Below are positions 1 to 10,102 of a DNA stretch of 64,000 nucleotides, piece by piece. Source of the DNA: Gammaproteobacteria bacterium (GTDB taxonomy: Bacteria > Pseudomonadota > Gammaproteobacteria > Eutrophobiales > Eutrophobiaceae). Made by a program: the position numbers and the translations under genes. Within the stretch, counting starts at the first letter, position 1; the number at the start of each line of letters is the position of its first letter. The DNA is taken from the NCBI GenBank assembly GCA_965222155.1, contig CBDCTH010000012.1, positions 2,176,001 through 2,240,000 of the forward strand. Direction: 5' to 3'. The notes beneath the pieces are model-generated. The model saw only the letters and a list, made by a program, of their open reading frames with translations, did not search any database and was not told the DNA's origin.

Positions 1-326
1 CGCTCCGGCCATTCCACCAGGCAAATACTGTGGCCATCAAAATAGTCCCGGTAACCGATATCAATCAACTCCGCCGGTGTTGTGATCCGATAAAGGTCGA
101 AGTGGAAGATACGATAGGAAGCGGCAAGGTAGTATTCAACCAGCGTGTAGGTCGGACTCTTGACAACCCCCTGGTAATCAAGCGCCCGCAACAACCCCCT
201 GACGAACGTAGTCTTGCCTGCCCCAAGTTCTCCATGCAGATACAGGTTGAATCCGTCGTGGATGAACCTGGCGCAACAGGCTGCAAACTGACCCATTTCC
301 TCCGGACTGGCAACAGCTAAGCGCAT
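1..326 (-). CDS. tsaE: tRNA threonylcarbamoyladenosine biosynthesis ATPase TsaE (3' end cut by window edge)
   Basis: Manual translation from ATG at 326: [11 protein letters not shown]...[15 protein letters not shown]...[12 protein letters not shown]...HFDLYR...LVEWPE. It directly follows nnr, the usual yjeF-yjeE order. Not in the ORF track. Confidence 0.95.
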   Translation of the reverse strand, partial: MRLAVASPEEMGQFAACCARFIHDGFNLYLHGELGAGKTTFVRGLLRALDYQGVVKSPTYTLVEYYLAASYRIFHFDLYRITTPAELIDIGYRDYFDGHSICLVEWPE

Positions 327-1798
327 TGGTCCGGATTAACGACAGAACGAATGACAGGAAGGAGATCACCAGCCAGCATCCCTCTTTCGCCCTCGCCGGC
401 GCACAGGTCTGCTGCATGACCATGCAGGTAAACCCCGGATAGCGCAGCCAGGCCAGGCACCATGCCCTGAGCCATCAAGCCGGCAATGACCCCGGTCAGG
501 ACGTCACCCATTCCACCACCGGCCATCCCCGGATTCCCGGTACGATTGAGATAGATCGGGCCTGTTGCATCCACGACCAGACTACCGGCTCCCTTGAGGA
601 CGGCAACGCCGTCGAATTTATCCCGTAACGAGGTTACAGCCGCAAACCTGTCCGCTTGAATATCCTCGGTTGCAACATCCAGTAACCGGCCTGCCTCACC
701 CGGATGTGGCGTCAGTACCCAGTTTTCCCGACGCTGGTGCTCAAGGGCCAGCAGGTTCAAGGCATCGGCATCCACGACAAGCGGAAGCCGGGTCTGTAAC
801 ACCTTGGCAAACAATGACATTGCCCAATCTGATTGACCCAGCCCCGGTCCTATGGCGACTACGCTTACCCTGTTCAACACCGTGTCCAGGTCCCGAGTTG
901 AAGTCACGGCCGCGGTCATCAATTCGGGACGGAACAGCGGTATATTTCTGGCGTGCTCCACCCGTGTCGCTACCGTAACCAGCCCGGCCCCGGTCCTGGC
1001 AGCCGCAGATCCGGCCAGAATGGCTGCGCCAAGGTAACCGTAATCACCGCCGATAACGAGTACGTGACCATAGCGGCCCTTATGGGCATGGCGTGGACGG
1101 GCGAGCAGGTTCTGCAACACGCCCGCAGGCTTTATCAGGCGCGCAGCGGCGCTGACTGAAGCATGTATGTCAGCGGGCGTGCCCAGATCACTGAACAGTA
1201 TCTCGCCACAGAAATCGGGACCCTGTGCGGTAAACAAGCCCCGTTTCAATCCGATGAACGTGAGCGTGGCGTCGGCCCTGACAGCCGTCCCCATGCATAC
1301 CCCTGTATCCGCATTCAATCCGGAAGGAATATCCAGGGCAAGGACCGGGACGGCCGACCCATTGATCAATCCGATAGCGTCGGCGAACACGCCTCCCACC
1401 TGACGGTTCAGGCCACTGCCCAGCAAGGCGTCGACGATCAAATCGGCACCGTCTATTGACAGCGTATCCTGAACAGTGCCTGTATGCAGGTATTTCTGTG
1501 CGCTGGCGGCGGCGTCACCCCTGAGTTGACCGGGTTCAACCAGGGCAACCACCCTGACGTTAAGACCCGCCTGCTGCGCTAGTCGCGCCAGTACGTAACC
1601 GTCACCGGCGTTATTTCCGCCGCCGCAGATAACGACCAGGTTTGTAGCGCCGGGATAGCGCCTGGTCAAAACCTCAAGGGCGCTACCCCCTGCCCGTTCC
1701 ATTAACGTAATTGAAGGAATTCCCCGCTCTTCAATTGCGATCCGGTCCAGTTCCCGTACCTGTCCGGCTGTATATAATTTCGCGGGTAACGCAGACAT
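317..1798 (-). CDS. nnr: Bifunctional NAD(P)HX epimerase/dehydratase
   Basis: YjeF_N motifs [27 protein letters not shown]. Carbohydrate-kinase-like C domain with [30 protein letters not shown]. Confidence 0.95.
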   Translation of the reverse strand: MSALPAKLYTAGQVRELDRIAIEERGIPSITLMERAGGSALEVLTRRYPGATNLVVICGGGNNAGDGYVLARLAQQAGLNVRVVALVEPGQLRGDAAASAQKYLHTGTVQDTLSIDGADLIVDALLGSGLNRQVGGVFADAIGLINGSAVPVLALDIPSGLNADTGVCMGTAVRADATLTFIGLKRGLFTAQGPDFCGEILFSDLGTPADIHASVSAAARLIKPAGVLQNLLARPRHAHKGRYGHVLVIGGDYGYLGAAILAGSAAARTGAGLVTVATRVEHARNIPLFRPELMTAAVTSTRDLDTVLNRVSVVAIGPGLGQSDWAMSLFAKVLQTRLPLVVDADALNLLALEHQRRENWVLTPHPGEAGRLLDVATEDIQADRFAAVTSLRDKFDGVAVLKGAGSLVVDATGPIYLNRTGNPGMAGGGMGDVLTGVIAGLMAQGMVPGLAALSGVYLHGHAADLCAGEGERGMLAGDLLPVIRSVVNPDQCA

Positions 1799-1832
1799 CA
1801 GAAGTCACCCATAGCTGCACCTATACAATATC

Positions 1833-1887
1833 GTCATACCGGGCTTGACCCTGCCTTACAACATGCCAGGGCAGGCCCGGTATCCAG
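1833..1887. repeat. REP-like hairpin GTCATACCGGGCTTGA/CCCGGTATCCAG carrying a 27-bp second hairpin insert (1849-1875)
   Basis: ATACCGGG...CCCGGTAT stem. The insert CCCTG-N13-CAGGGCAGG has the same architecture as the 29-bp element at 10978 and 49572. Confidence 0.7.
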
Positions 1888-1917
1888 TGAAATATCCTTT
1901 CGAGCGCATAATATAAA

Positions 1918-3126
1918 TCACCAGTTCCATAGGGTGCCGTCTTCCAACCTGTTCACCGGCAGATAGGCGCGCCGGTAAGGAAACTTTGCCGCCAGTTCCT
2001 CATCAATATCCACGCCATGACCCGGTGTCTCACCCGGATGGAGAAAACCATCCTTAAATGTATAGTCGTGGGGAAATACCTGGTCGGTTTCTTCACTGTG
2101 ACGCATATATTCCTGGATCCCGAAGTTCGGCACCCAGGTATCGAAGTGCAGGGCCGCGCCCATACAGACCGGCGACAGGTCCGTTGCGCCATGACAACCG
2201 GTGCGGACGTGATACAGCGCGGCGAGGTCGGCAATGCGGCGCAAGTGGGTGATACCCCCGGCATGTACCACGGTAGTCCGTATATAATCAATCAGTTGTT
2301 CCCTGATCAGGTCCTTGCAATCCCAGATAGAGTTAAACACCTCCCCGACCGCCAGCGGCGTCACGGTATGCTGTCGAATTAGACGAAACCCTTCCTGGTT
2401 CTCAGCCGGAACCGCGTCTTCCAGCCAGAACAGGCGGTAATCTTCCAATGCCTTACCCAGGCGCGCTGCTTCGATGGGTGTCAGGCGATGGTGTACATCA
2501 TGCAGTAAATGGGGCTGATAACCGTATTGCTGCCTGAGCTTGTCGAACAATACAGGCACATGATCCAGATACTTTTCCGTTGACCAGGTATTCTCCACCG
2601 GCAGGCCCGTATCTGCCGGTTCATAGAACAACCGGTCTTTCCCAACACCGTAGGTGGAGGTCAGACCCGGGATTCCGGATTGCGCGCGCACGGCCTTGTA
2701 ACCCATATCGATATATCTGCCCACCTCATCAACGGTTTGCTCAATATCTTCTCCATTGGCATGGCCGTAAACCATGACCCCGTTGCGGCTGCTGCCGCCG
2801 AGCAACTGGTAAAGCGGCATATCTGCCAGTTTTGCCTTGATATCCCATAGCGCCGTATCCACGGCGCCGATAGCCGTCATGGTCACCGGCCCACGCCGCC
2901 AGTAACTCCCACGGTAAAGAAATTGCCAGATATCTTCCGACCGGCGCGGATCGCGCTCGATCAGGCAGGGAACAACGTGGTCCTGCAGGTATGAAACGAC
3001 AGCAAGTTCCCGACCGTTAAGCGTGGCGTCACCCAACCCGTAAATCCCCACGTCAGTCTCCACCTTCAGGGTAACGAAATTGCGCCCGGGGCAGGTTACG
3101 ATAACTCTTGCGCTGGTAATTTTCAT
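1918..3126 (-). CDS. manD: D-mannonate dehydratase, enolase superfamily (ManD/RspA)
   Basis: Starts [21 protein letters not shown]. Contains [35 protein letters not shown], and ends [13 protein letters not shown] at 3126 preferred over the longer track start. Confidence 0.93.
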   Translation of the reverse strand: MKITSARVIVTCPGRNFVTLKVETDVGIYGLGDATLNGRELAVVSYLQDHVVPCLIERDPRRSEDIWQFLYRGSYWRRGPVTMTAIGAVDTALWDIKAKLADMPLYQLLGGSSRNGVMVYGHANGEDIEQTVDEVGRYIDMGYKAVRAQSGIPGLTSTYGVGKDRLFYEPADTGLPVENTWSTEKYLDHVPVLFDKLRQQYGYQPHLLHDVHHRLTPIEAARLGKALEDYRLFWLEDAVPAENQEGFRLIRQHTVTPLAVGEVFNSIWDCKDLIREQLIDYIRTTVVHAGGITHLRRIADLAALYHVRTGCHGATDLSPVCMGAALHFDTWVPNFGIQEYMRHSEETDQVFPHDYTFKDGFLHPGETPGHGVDIDEELAAKFPYRRAYLPVNRLEDGTLWNW

Positions 3127-3285
3127 AGCAATCCAGTCGAGGTAAAGGCCACGCAAGTATTGTTTATCAACACTTGCGATATCGGAAACAGCAATTACAT
3201 GAACCTTGGATTATACTATATCGAAACAAACTCAAGTCAACCCATAGGCGGCGCCGGTCGAGGCGCTTCGCGGCGAATGTGGTTG

Positions 3286-4018
3286 TCAGCTACTTTTTTG
3301 TTTGAAGTGATTACGGAGCACGTTTTTAACGTATTCCGGCGCTTCTTCTTGTACTTTTGCAGCCTCGTCTACGAGTAGATCGTAGTCGGTAATTTCTTCT
3401 CCCGACCACAGAAGATCAAGTCTACGAATGTCCCGCATTGCAATATGTGTATACAACTCTGGATAGGCCCAATAGCAGGACTGGCAAGTAACAATATCTT
3501 TCTTCTGCCAGTTGAGACAATTTTCACAACTCCAGGACTTTGCTCTATTTGCGGAAGCGCAAAGCAGCATATATTCACTTATATCCGCCGACAGACTTCC
3601 ATTGTCACCGGCGATTTCAAATGGAATCCTGTGGTCAATTTGTAATTCCTGCACTGGAAATGGCTCAAGATAAATATTACAACGCGGACCCTGTTTATCT
3701 ATTAATGCATTTTAGATTTGATGAGAATGCTGTCCGTCCAGATAGCTGGGCAGCACGTACTTGTGTTGGGTCAGCAAATTTATAGGCAGCGATTTTTCGA
3801 CCATCTGTGCCTGTGATACGAAACGTTTTTACTGGAATCCCCTGTTCCCGAACATCTCTGATTGCTCTCGGTGGATGGTTGTATCCATATATATCCTTAA
3901 GTTCTTCTGTCGTAATTTGACCGTGCTTAAGAATGTGGTCGATTACAGTCTTTGGACGTTTTGCTTTTACACTTTTAAGTAATCTCAAAAACTCAAAAGG
4001 ATAATTTTGCTTACTCAT
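3286..4018 (-). pseudogene. SphI-like HNH type II restriction endonuclease, frameshifted near 3710-3713
   Basis: ORFs 3695-4018 (GYNHPPRAIRD...DGRKIAAYKF) and 3286-3654 (ELQIDHRIPF...LCASANRAKSWSCENC...CQSCYWAYPE) join through ...NLK/ALIDKQGPRCNIYLEPFPVQELQIDH after a shift at an A4 run. Motifs match my recollection of R.SphI. Confidence 0.8.
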
Positions 4019-4947
4019 GCAATTGCAAGCTCTTGTTGTTTTTCAATATCCTTGGAAACAATCTTGCTCCTCTCACGATTTAACCTATCCACGAGGGCGG
4101 GTGATAAATACAATGATTCAACGGTCTCGGCGTCCCCCCCCAATAACGTTGCCTGGCTCGACCTTCCTGCATGAATATGGAAGTGTTTTAACGATAAGCT
4201 CTCTGGTAGATGCTTACCGTACTTTTTTTCACCCGTGATGCCATCGTAACTGATGATGTATGAAATATATCTTTCATTCATTTCTATCAATGCCTCCACG
4301 AAATCATCGTATGTGAGTCCGTTAATATACCGGTGGTCTCTTGTGAATGATGTCCCTTGGTATGGGGGGTCCAGATAAACCAAATCTTTAGCTTTGGCTT
4401 TATTGGCGACTTCTCTAAAATCAACTGAGAAAACAGTTGTTTTTCGCGCAAGCAGTTGTGAGACGCCCATAATATTTTTTCTCATGGTGTTCGGTTTCAT
4501 TCCTGAACGTCTGTTGTCTGAGCTTTGGTTGAACAAGCCTTCCGAATTGTATCTCACAGATCCTTTTACAATACGCGCAAGCAGGTAAAGCAGGAGTTGA
4601 GGTTTATGTGAGTGATTGAACTCATCACGAATTCTGAAAAAATACTCTTTCCTATCCGAGTGCTGTGCCAGCCATAACTTTTCATAGACATCGACAAGTT
4701 GACATGGTCTTTCAAGAATTTCTACCCACAAACTCATTAACGGTTCGTTCAGATCGTTGAGTACAAACCGTTCAGCCAATCCGTGCGCGGCAGTAGCAAT
4801 TGAAATCGCTCCTGCGCCGCAGAAAGGCTCAATAAGGCACTGGATATCGGGAGGGAAGTGTAGAAGTATATCTTTCGCTATTTCGCGTTTACTTCCCTGG
4901 TACGGAAACGGATGAGGGAGGGGTATATTCCGGAGCGTTTTCATCAT
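4015..4947 (-). CDS. DNA adenine methyltransferase (Dam/D12 class), cognate of the adjacent endonuclease
   Basis: PYQGSKR, IEPFCGAGA (motif I), YLDPPY (motif IV). Overlaps the endonuclease start by 4 bp. Confidence 0.92.
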   Translation of the reverse strand: MMKTLRNIPLPHPFPYQGSKREIAKDILLHFPPDIQCLIEPFCGAGAISIATAAHGLAERFVLNDLNEPLMSLWVEILERPCQLVDVYEKLWLAQHSDRKEYFFRIRDEFNHSHKPQLLLYLLARIVKGSVRYNSEGLFNQSSDNRRSGMKPNTMRKNIMGVSQLLARKTTVFSVDFREVANKAKAKDLVYLDPPYQGTSFTRDHRYINGLTYDDFVEALIEMNERYISYIISYDGITGEKKYGKHLPESLSLKHFHIHAGRSSQATLLGGDAETVESLYLSPALVDRLNRERSKIVSKDIEKQQELAIA

Positions 4948-4980
4948 ATTCTTTATTTTACCCGATTTCCTCCCACGTAG

Positions 4981-5147
4981 CAGGTGCTCCCGCTAAATCT
5001 GCTCCCGCTAAATCGAGGTCAATACAGTGATTTCTGCCGGATTCGGGCATACTCTGACCATAAGGGGGCATATTTCCTTGGGAGGGAGGGCGTCTCGCCC
5101 TCCACGAGGGCAGGATGCCCTCGGTCCCGGGAGTTAGCGGGAACTGC
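4981..5147 (+). mobile_element. MITE-like element, copy 1 (about 150 bp; ends GCTCCCGCTAA...TTAGCGGGAAC)
   Basis: Imperfect terminal inverted repeats, internal hairpins GGAGGGCG-TCT-CGCCCTCC and GAGGGCA-GGA-TGCCCTC. Left end TGCTCCCGCTAAATC is tandemly duplicated (4985-5014). Homologous to 55098-55252 and 59223-59355. Confidence 0.75.
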
Positions 5148-5287
5148 TGCCCATGTAGTGTAGTGTTTGACAGTATCTGTTAGGAACAAATATAATGCCC
5201 GCCGCGCAGTCGGTGCTTGGCGACCCCCGTCAGATTCTGTTTTTCCGGATAGCTTCAGCGTTAGCAAGCTATAGAGAGAATAAAAGA

Positions 5288-5509
5288 ATGAAAGAGAGTG
5301 ACCAATATCATAAATGGGTTGAATGGAGCGAAGAAGATCATATTTACATTGGAAAATGCCCCGATTTGATCACGGGAATTCATGGAGATGATCCTCTGTC
5401 CCTCTACAGTGAGTTATGCGAGGTGGTTGAAGACGTATTGAGGCACTTCCACTCGGAGGGGCGTCCACTACCGACACCACAGGTCAGACCGATGTGTGAA
5501 GTTGCTTAG
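5288..5509 (+). CDS. Small HicB-like antitoxin protein (orphan)
   Basis: YHKWVEWSEEDHIYIGKCPDL...HGDD...GRPLPTP follows the HicB partial RNase-H-fold pattern. No HicA partner seen next to it. Confidence 0.7.
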   Translation: MKESDQYHKWVEWSEEDHIYIGKCPDLITGIHGDDPLSLYSELCEVVEDVLRHFHSEGRPLPTPQVRPMCEVA

Positions 5510-5603
5510 CGTCAGCTAATACACTGCCCGGCCGACGCCATTTCAGATACCAGGCAGTTGGTACGGGGAGTAGAAAAACAGACACTGCGGGATGCCGCTT
5601 GGT

Positions 5604-6974
5604 TCACAACAACCCGAATACCAGCACGCAGCCAACTCCGATAGGGGCAACATACCGGGTAAGCAAACGCCACACCTGAAAGGCTTTCTCGTTCCTGATA
5701 CCCATTTCCTCCCTTAACAACTTAGCGGACATAACCCAGCCGGCGAACAGCGCTATCAGCAGCGCGGTCAGCGGCAGCATGATATTCGACACAGTGAATT
5801 CAATGATGTTGAACATGCCTTTGCCTGCATACAGCGGGATAAACGATAACGGCTTGAAATCTTTTATTACATTAAACGACAGGACCGCCGTCAGACCGAC
5901 AAGCCAGATCACCGAACCGCTGACCACCGACATCGTAAAACGTTTATACCCCTTGTCTTCCATGAATGATACAAAGGGCTCCAGCATGGCCAGCGATGAG
6001 GTAAATGCCGCAAAAAAAACCAGGATAAAAAATATCACGCTGAAAAAGTGGCCGGCCGGCATGCCCCCGAGGGCAACCGGTAAGGTAATAAACATCAGCC
6101 CGGGCCCACCTGCCGGGTCCAGTCCGGAGGCAAATACAATGGGAAAAATGGCCAACCCGGCCAACAGGGCTGCCATGGTATCACTGATTGCAATCAACCA
6201 GGAGGGTCCGGGTAGGGAGATATCCCTGGATAAATAGGCGCCGTATGTAAGCAGCGCGCCAGTGCCGACGGTGATGGAAAACAAAGCCTGCCCCAGGGCC
6301 ATCAGCAGGCTTCTCCAGGTAAGGCTGGAGAAATCCGGGTTGAACATAAATTGCCAGGCCCGGCCGGGCTCACCTTCGATATGTCCATATATCACCAGCA
6401 TGATCAGCAGGATAAACAACGTCGGCAGCATGAAAGTAGTTACCGACTCTATACCGCGCTTGACGCCCATGCCTATAACCCAGACAGTTCCCGCAATATA
6501 TATGGAATACCAAAGAGTCATCCGGTAGGGAGAGGCAAGCAGGTTATCAAACTGTCCTTCAGCATCCCCGGGTGAGATGGAAACAAAAAAGCCGAGCAAG
6601 GCATGAAGGGCATAATCCAGGGACCAGCCGGCGACGACGGAATAAAAACATAAGGCGCAAACCGGTGAAATGACGCTCAACCAGCCGATGATCTTCCAGA
6701 AGCCATGATGGTTACCCTCCTTGCACAGACTGACCATCGTCATCACCGGGCTCTTGCCGCCGCGCCGGCCCATCGCCAGTTCAGCCATGACCAGGGGCAC
6801 ACACAGCAACAGGATGATGGCCAGGTAAACAATGATAAAGGCGCCGCCGCCGTTTTCACCGGCGACATAGGGGAAACGCCAAAGGTTCCCAAGGCCGATG
6901 GATGCGCCGACCATGGCAAACATAAACGTCAGCCTTGATGACCAGGTCTTGGTGGATGATGCGGGGGCAGGCAT
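5604..6974 (-). CDS. Sodium-dependent transporter (NSS/SNF family)
   Basis: WSSR...GASIGLGNLWRFPY...NGGGAF, GQALFS, GPGLMF; multiple TM helices. Confidence 0.92.
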   Translation of the reverse strand: MPAPASSTKTWSSRLTFMFAMVGASIGLGNLWRFPYVAGENGGGAFIIVYLAIILLLCVPLVMAELAMGRRGGKSPVMTMVSLCKEGNHHGFWKIIGWLSVISPVCALCFYSVVAGWSLDYALHALLGFFVSISPGDAEGQFDNLLASPYRMTLWYSIYIAGTVWVIGMGVKRGIESVTTFMLPTLFILLIMLVIYGHIEGEPGRAWQFMFNPDFSSLTWRSLLMALGQALFSITVGTGALLTYGAYLSRDISLPGPSWLIAISDTMAALLAGLAIFPIVFASGLDPAGGPGLMFITLPVALGGMPAGHFFSVIFFILVFFAAFTSSLAMLEPFVSFMEDKGYKRFTMSVVSGSVIWLVGLTAVLSFNVIKDFKPLSFIPLYAGKGMFNIIEFTVSNIMLPLTALLIALFAGWVMSAKLLREEMGIRNEKAFQVWRLLTRYVAPIGVGCVLVFGLL

Positions 6975-6984
6975 GGTTGTAAAA

Positions 6985-7947
6985 TTAGCTTATTAATTCG
7001 GATATTCGGGGAGTCCTGTGCGCGGGAATGATGGCGCCGGGATACTGGATAACCAGGTCAGCCAAAGATTGCCCTGCCCGGACGGAGGTCGCGATATCAC
7101 TGCCGGACAGCCTTGCGGAGATATAACCGGCATTAAACGAATCCCCTGCGGCGGTTGTATCAACAACCCGTTCCTGGACGGTTACCGGAAAGCCGGCAAT
7201 ATCCGGTCCGATTGCGACCGTACATGGTGATGAACCATTTTTCACAACGATCTCCGCAACCCCCAGGGCAGCCAGGCGAGCGCATGTATGTTCCGGCGTG
7301 GCATCATTAAAAAGTGCTTTTTCATCGTCAAAACCGGGCAAGGCCACACCGGCCTCGCAGTAGATGCGGTCGGCCCAGTCCCTTGCTTCCCCGGGGGACT
7401 GCCACAGCACCGCCCTGTAATTCGAATCATACACGATAATGACACCTGTCTTACGTAAAAATCTCAATAAGTCCAGCAGGCTCTCCCTGTAATCGGGGGT
7501 GAGTATGGCGATTGATATACCGGATAAATAGAGTACCTGAAAACCCTTCAGGGAAGTTTCCAGGCTTATGGCATAATTATCCCTGAACAAATCACGCGCT
7601 GCTGACTTTTCCCGATCATAGCTGAAACGACGCTCTCCACCGCTTCCGGTTGTAATAGTGTAACTTCCCGGTAATTTATCCCGGAAACGTCTGACAAACG
7701 CGGTATTAATACCCTCAGACTTCCAGACCGCCAACATGGTGGCGCTGTGCGCGTCTTCTCCTACTGCAGTGACATAAAACAGGTCCGCCCTGTCCCTGTC
7801 CAGTAGTCTTGCCATATAGGTTACGGTATTGAGCGTATCGCCTGAAAATCCCTGGGGATACCTGGAAGAACCATCAGCCCTGTGCTCAACCATACACTCA
7901 CCGATGGCTGCAATCATGCAAGGACCGTCTTTTTTCCACTCCATCAT
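6985..7947 (-). CDS. kdgK: 2-dehydro-3-deoxygluconokinase (PfkB family), copy 1
   Basis: IGECMVE, SGDTLNT, YLSGISIAIL, DSNYR, DTTAAGDSFNAG. Divergent from eda. Confidence 0.88.
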   Translation of the reverse strand: MMEWKKDGPCMIAAIGECMVEHRADGSSRYPQGFSGDTLNTVTYMARLLDRDRADLFYVTAVGEDAHSATMLAVWKSEGINTAFVRRFRDKLPGSYTITTGSGGERRFSYDREKSAARDLFRDNYAISLETSLKGFQVLYLSGISIAILTPDYRESLLDLLRFLRKTGVIIVYDSNYRAVLWQSPGEARDWADRIYCEAGVALPGFDDEKALFNDATPEHTCARLAALGVAEIVVKNGSSPCTVAIGPDIAGFPVTVQERVVDTTAAGDSFNAGYISARLSGSDIATSVRAGQSLADLVIQYPGAIIPAHRTPRISELIS

Positions 7948-8097
7948 AAAGCCTAACGTATTCTTTTATTGTAATTACGCTTATTTCTACTAAGTCCCCC
8001 GATCGTCATTCTGGCGAATGGAGAAAACGGGGTCTATACTCTGCTATCGAATAATAGGGTAAAATCATCGACACAGTATAATTTAACAGCGCGTAGT

Positions 8098-8718
8098 ATG
8101 AAATCCATCACGGATATTATCCCTACGGGAAGTATTATTCCCGTGTGTACCGTTAATGACCCCGGCAAGGCCGTTCCGTTGGCTCAAACGCTACAGGATT
8201 GCGGCATCCATTTCATCGAGATCACCCTGCGTACGGAGGGAGCTTTTACGTCCGCTGAAAACGTGATCAAGGAATGTCCTGACATGTATGTCGGCATCGG
8301 TACGGTTACTTCTGTAGATCAACTAAACCGGGCAAAAGAGACCGGCGCACAATTCTGCGTCAGCCCCGGCATGACGGAACGTCTCGTCAAGAACGCCGAA
8401 CAACTGGAACTGCCTTACCTGCCGGGCGTCAGTACCGTGTCGGAGGTAATGTCTGCCCGGGAAATGGGATTACGTTATTTGAAATTTTTCCCGGCAGAGT
8501 CGGCAGGCGGTACCGGAACTCTTAGAATTTTCCGGGAACTGTTCCCGGAGACCCGTTTTTGCCCCACAGGGGGCCTCAATGAAAATAACGCCGGAGATTA
8601 CCTGCGTCTGGACAACGTGTACTGCATCGGCGGAAGCTGGCTGGCATCACAAGAGAAGATAGATGCCGCGGACTGGAAAGGCATCAAAAAAACAATACGA
8701 CGGGCTATGCAATATTAG
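8098..8718 (+). CDS. eda: KDPG/KHG aldolase, copy 1
   Basis: IEITLRT, GIGTV, VSPG, LKFFPAE (Schiff-base Lys), FCPTGG, IGGSW. Confidence 0.93.
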   Translation: MKSITDIIPTGSIIPVCTVNDPGKAVPLAQTLQDCGIHFIEITLRTEGAFTSAENVIKECPDMYVGIGTVTSVDQLNRAKETGAQFCVSPGMTERLVKNAEQLELPYLPGVSTVSEVMSAREMGLRYLKFFPAESAGGTGTLRIFRELFPETRFCPTGGLNENNAGDYLRLDNVYCIGGSWLASQEKIDAADWKGIKKTIRRAMQY

Positions 8719-8775
8719 GTTATACTTTTTACTAAATAATTGGATAGTTTGCATTTCAAGAAAGCAGGTGCGTTT

Positions 8776-9675
8776 ATGGGTACTCTTATTGCAATGCATT
8801 ACGGCGTAGCCGGTAGCTTGGCTGACCACACATACGTCAAGTGTAGTACTGATAATGTTGCCTGGGGCTGTTTTGGTGAGAAGACAGGTGGAAATCCACT
8901 TAGACATGGTGATGGAAGCACCATGCGAGCCGACAGGATTGCAGGTCCGAGTGAAACCGGGAATCTCAACTGTTATCTCATAAATGGTGTATGCCATCAG
9001 GCAGCAAATCGCATACTTTCCCCGGCTGGCGTCACCGTATTAGGAGCACTTGGTTACAGTGTCTCGCGTTCTCTGTACGGCATTTTTGGCAGGTCCAATG
9101 GCCTGTTCGATTCTTGTAAGTCGCCATTTAACCTGTACAGTAAGGTCCAAGGTGATCTGCCTGAGTGTGTAACAGGTGTAATGGAGCCGATGGGTGTGAC
9201 GTATAGTCAGGAATCAGGATTAGTTAGTCCTGAAATCAGTCGGGTAGATCAAGATGACATACAAGGTGAAATTGAGCTATACGAACGAGTCGATTGGAAA
9301 TGGAGTGAGGAACTTAGTATCGAGCTCTTCACTCACATGGTTAAATCTCACCTCGGCTGGGGGGTGACAGGAAATCTGGAAAACCAACTGATAAATGTGC
9401 GCGCTGCAATCGAGAGAAAAAGGATGGAGATAGAGGAAGCACTGTACTACGAGGAACTCAATCTTAAAGATTACGCAGAAGCTTTTGACGAACTGACCCT
9501 CACTTTTCAACGCCAAACAGCAGAAGTTCTGAGTTCCGACCAGTACGAAAATCTTTTCGGACTGAAACCTGAGTATTCGATTACTCTGGCAGATCCCAAC
9601 ATTATCTCACCTCCCTCATTAGACAAGAGTATCGACCAAGAAGAAGATATGCCACGGGGGCCAACCCATGGATAG
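8776..9675 (+). CDS. Hypothetical protein: N-terminal His/Cys putative hydrolase domain plus C-terminal helical domain
   Basis: Long ORF with RBS-like GCAGGTG before ATG 8776. Motifs DHTYV, AWGCFG, YLINGVCHQAANRIL. Acidic helical C-terminal part. No family recognised. Confidence 0.7.
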   Translation: MGTLIAMHYGVAGSLADHTYVKCSTDNVAWGCFGEKTGGNPLRHGDGSTMRADRIAGPSETGNLNCYLINGVCHQAANRILSPAGVTVLGALGYSVSRSLYGIFGRSNGLFDSCKSPFNLYSKVQGDLPECVTGVMEPMGVTYSQESGLVSPEISRVDQDDIQGEIELYERVDWKWSEELSIELFTHMVKSHLGWGVTGNLENQLINVRAAIERKRMEIEEALYYEELNLKDYAEAFDELTLTFQRQTAEVLSSDQYENLFGLKPEYSITLADPNIISPPSLDKSIDQEEDMPRGPTHG

Positions 9676-10102
9676 TGATCTTGGCTATGGCCCATGCCTC
9701 TCAATCGAGGAGTATGAAAAGAAAATATTCGAGCTTTACAATCAACTGCCTCCTGAGCCGAGCCGTGAACAAGACGACTTAGTACGTCGCCAGGAATTGG
9801 AGTTGACTATCGACCATCGTTTAGGTCGGAACTTTCCCCATGAAAGCCGCGAAGCCCTCTGGGCAATTCAGCAGCAGGTAGAGCGGAAACGTCTATTGCT
9901 CCTGGCGAGGTATCTGCTGAAATGCATCTTTCCGAGTAGTATCGCTACCGGAGCTCAACGATTAGCCAACGGTGTAGTAAAAGAGTACGCCAAAGTATTA
10001 AGCCAGCGAGAGATCGAAAGCTTCTTTGGAGAAGATGAGGCCCGGCGCCCGGTGCTCCCAATCGATCTGGAGCGAGTCAAAGGACACTTTGACTCCTATT
10101 GA
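9668..10102 (+). CDS. Hypothetical helical protein, apparent paralogue of the upstream protein's C-terminal domain
   Basis: Overlaps the upstream ORF by 8 bp. Ungapped 80-aa alignment to its C-terminal domain (see findings). Confidence 0.7.
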   Translation: MDSDLGYGPCLSIEEYEKKIFELYNQLPPEPSREQDDLVRRQELELTIDHRLGRNFPHESREALWAIQQQVERKRLLLLARYLLKCIFPSSIATGAQRLANGVVKEYAKVLSQREIESFFGEDEARRPVLPIDLERVKGHFDSY

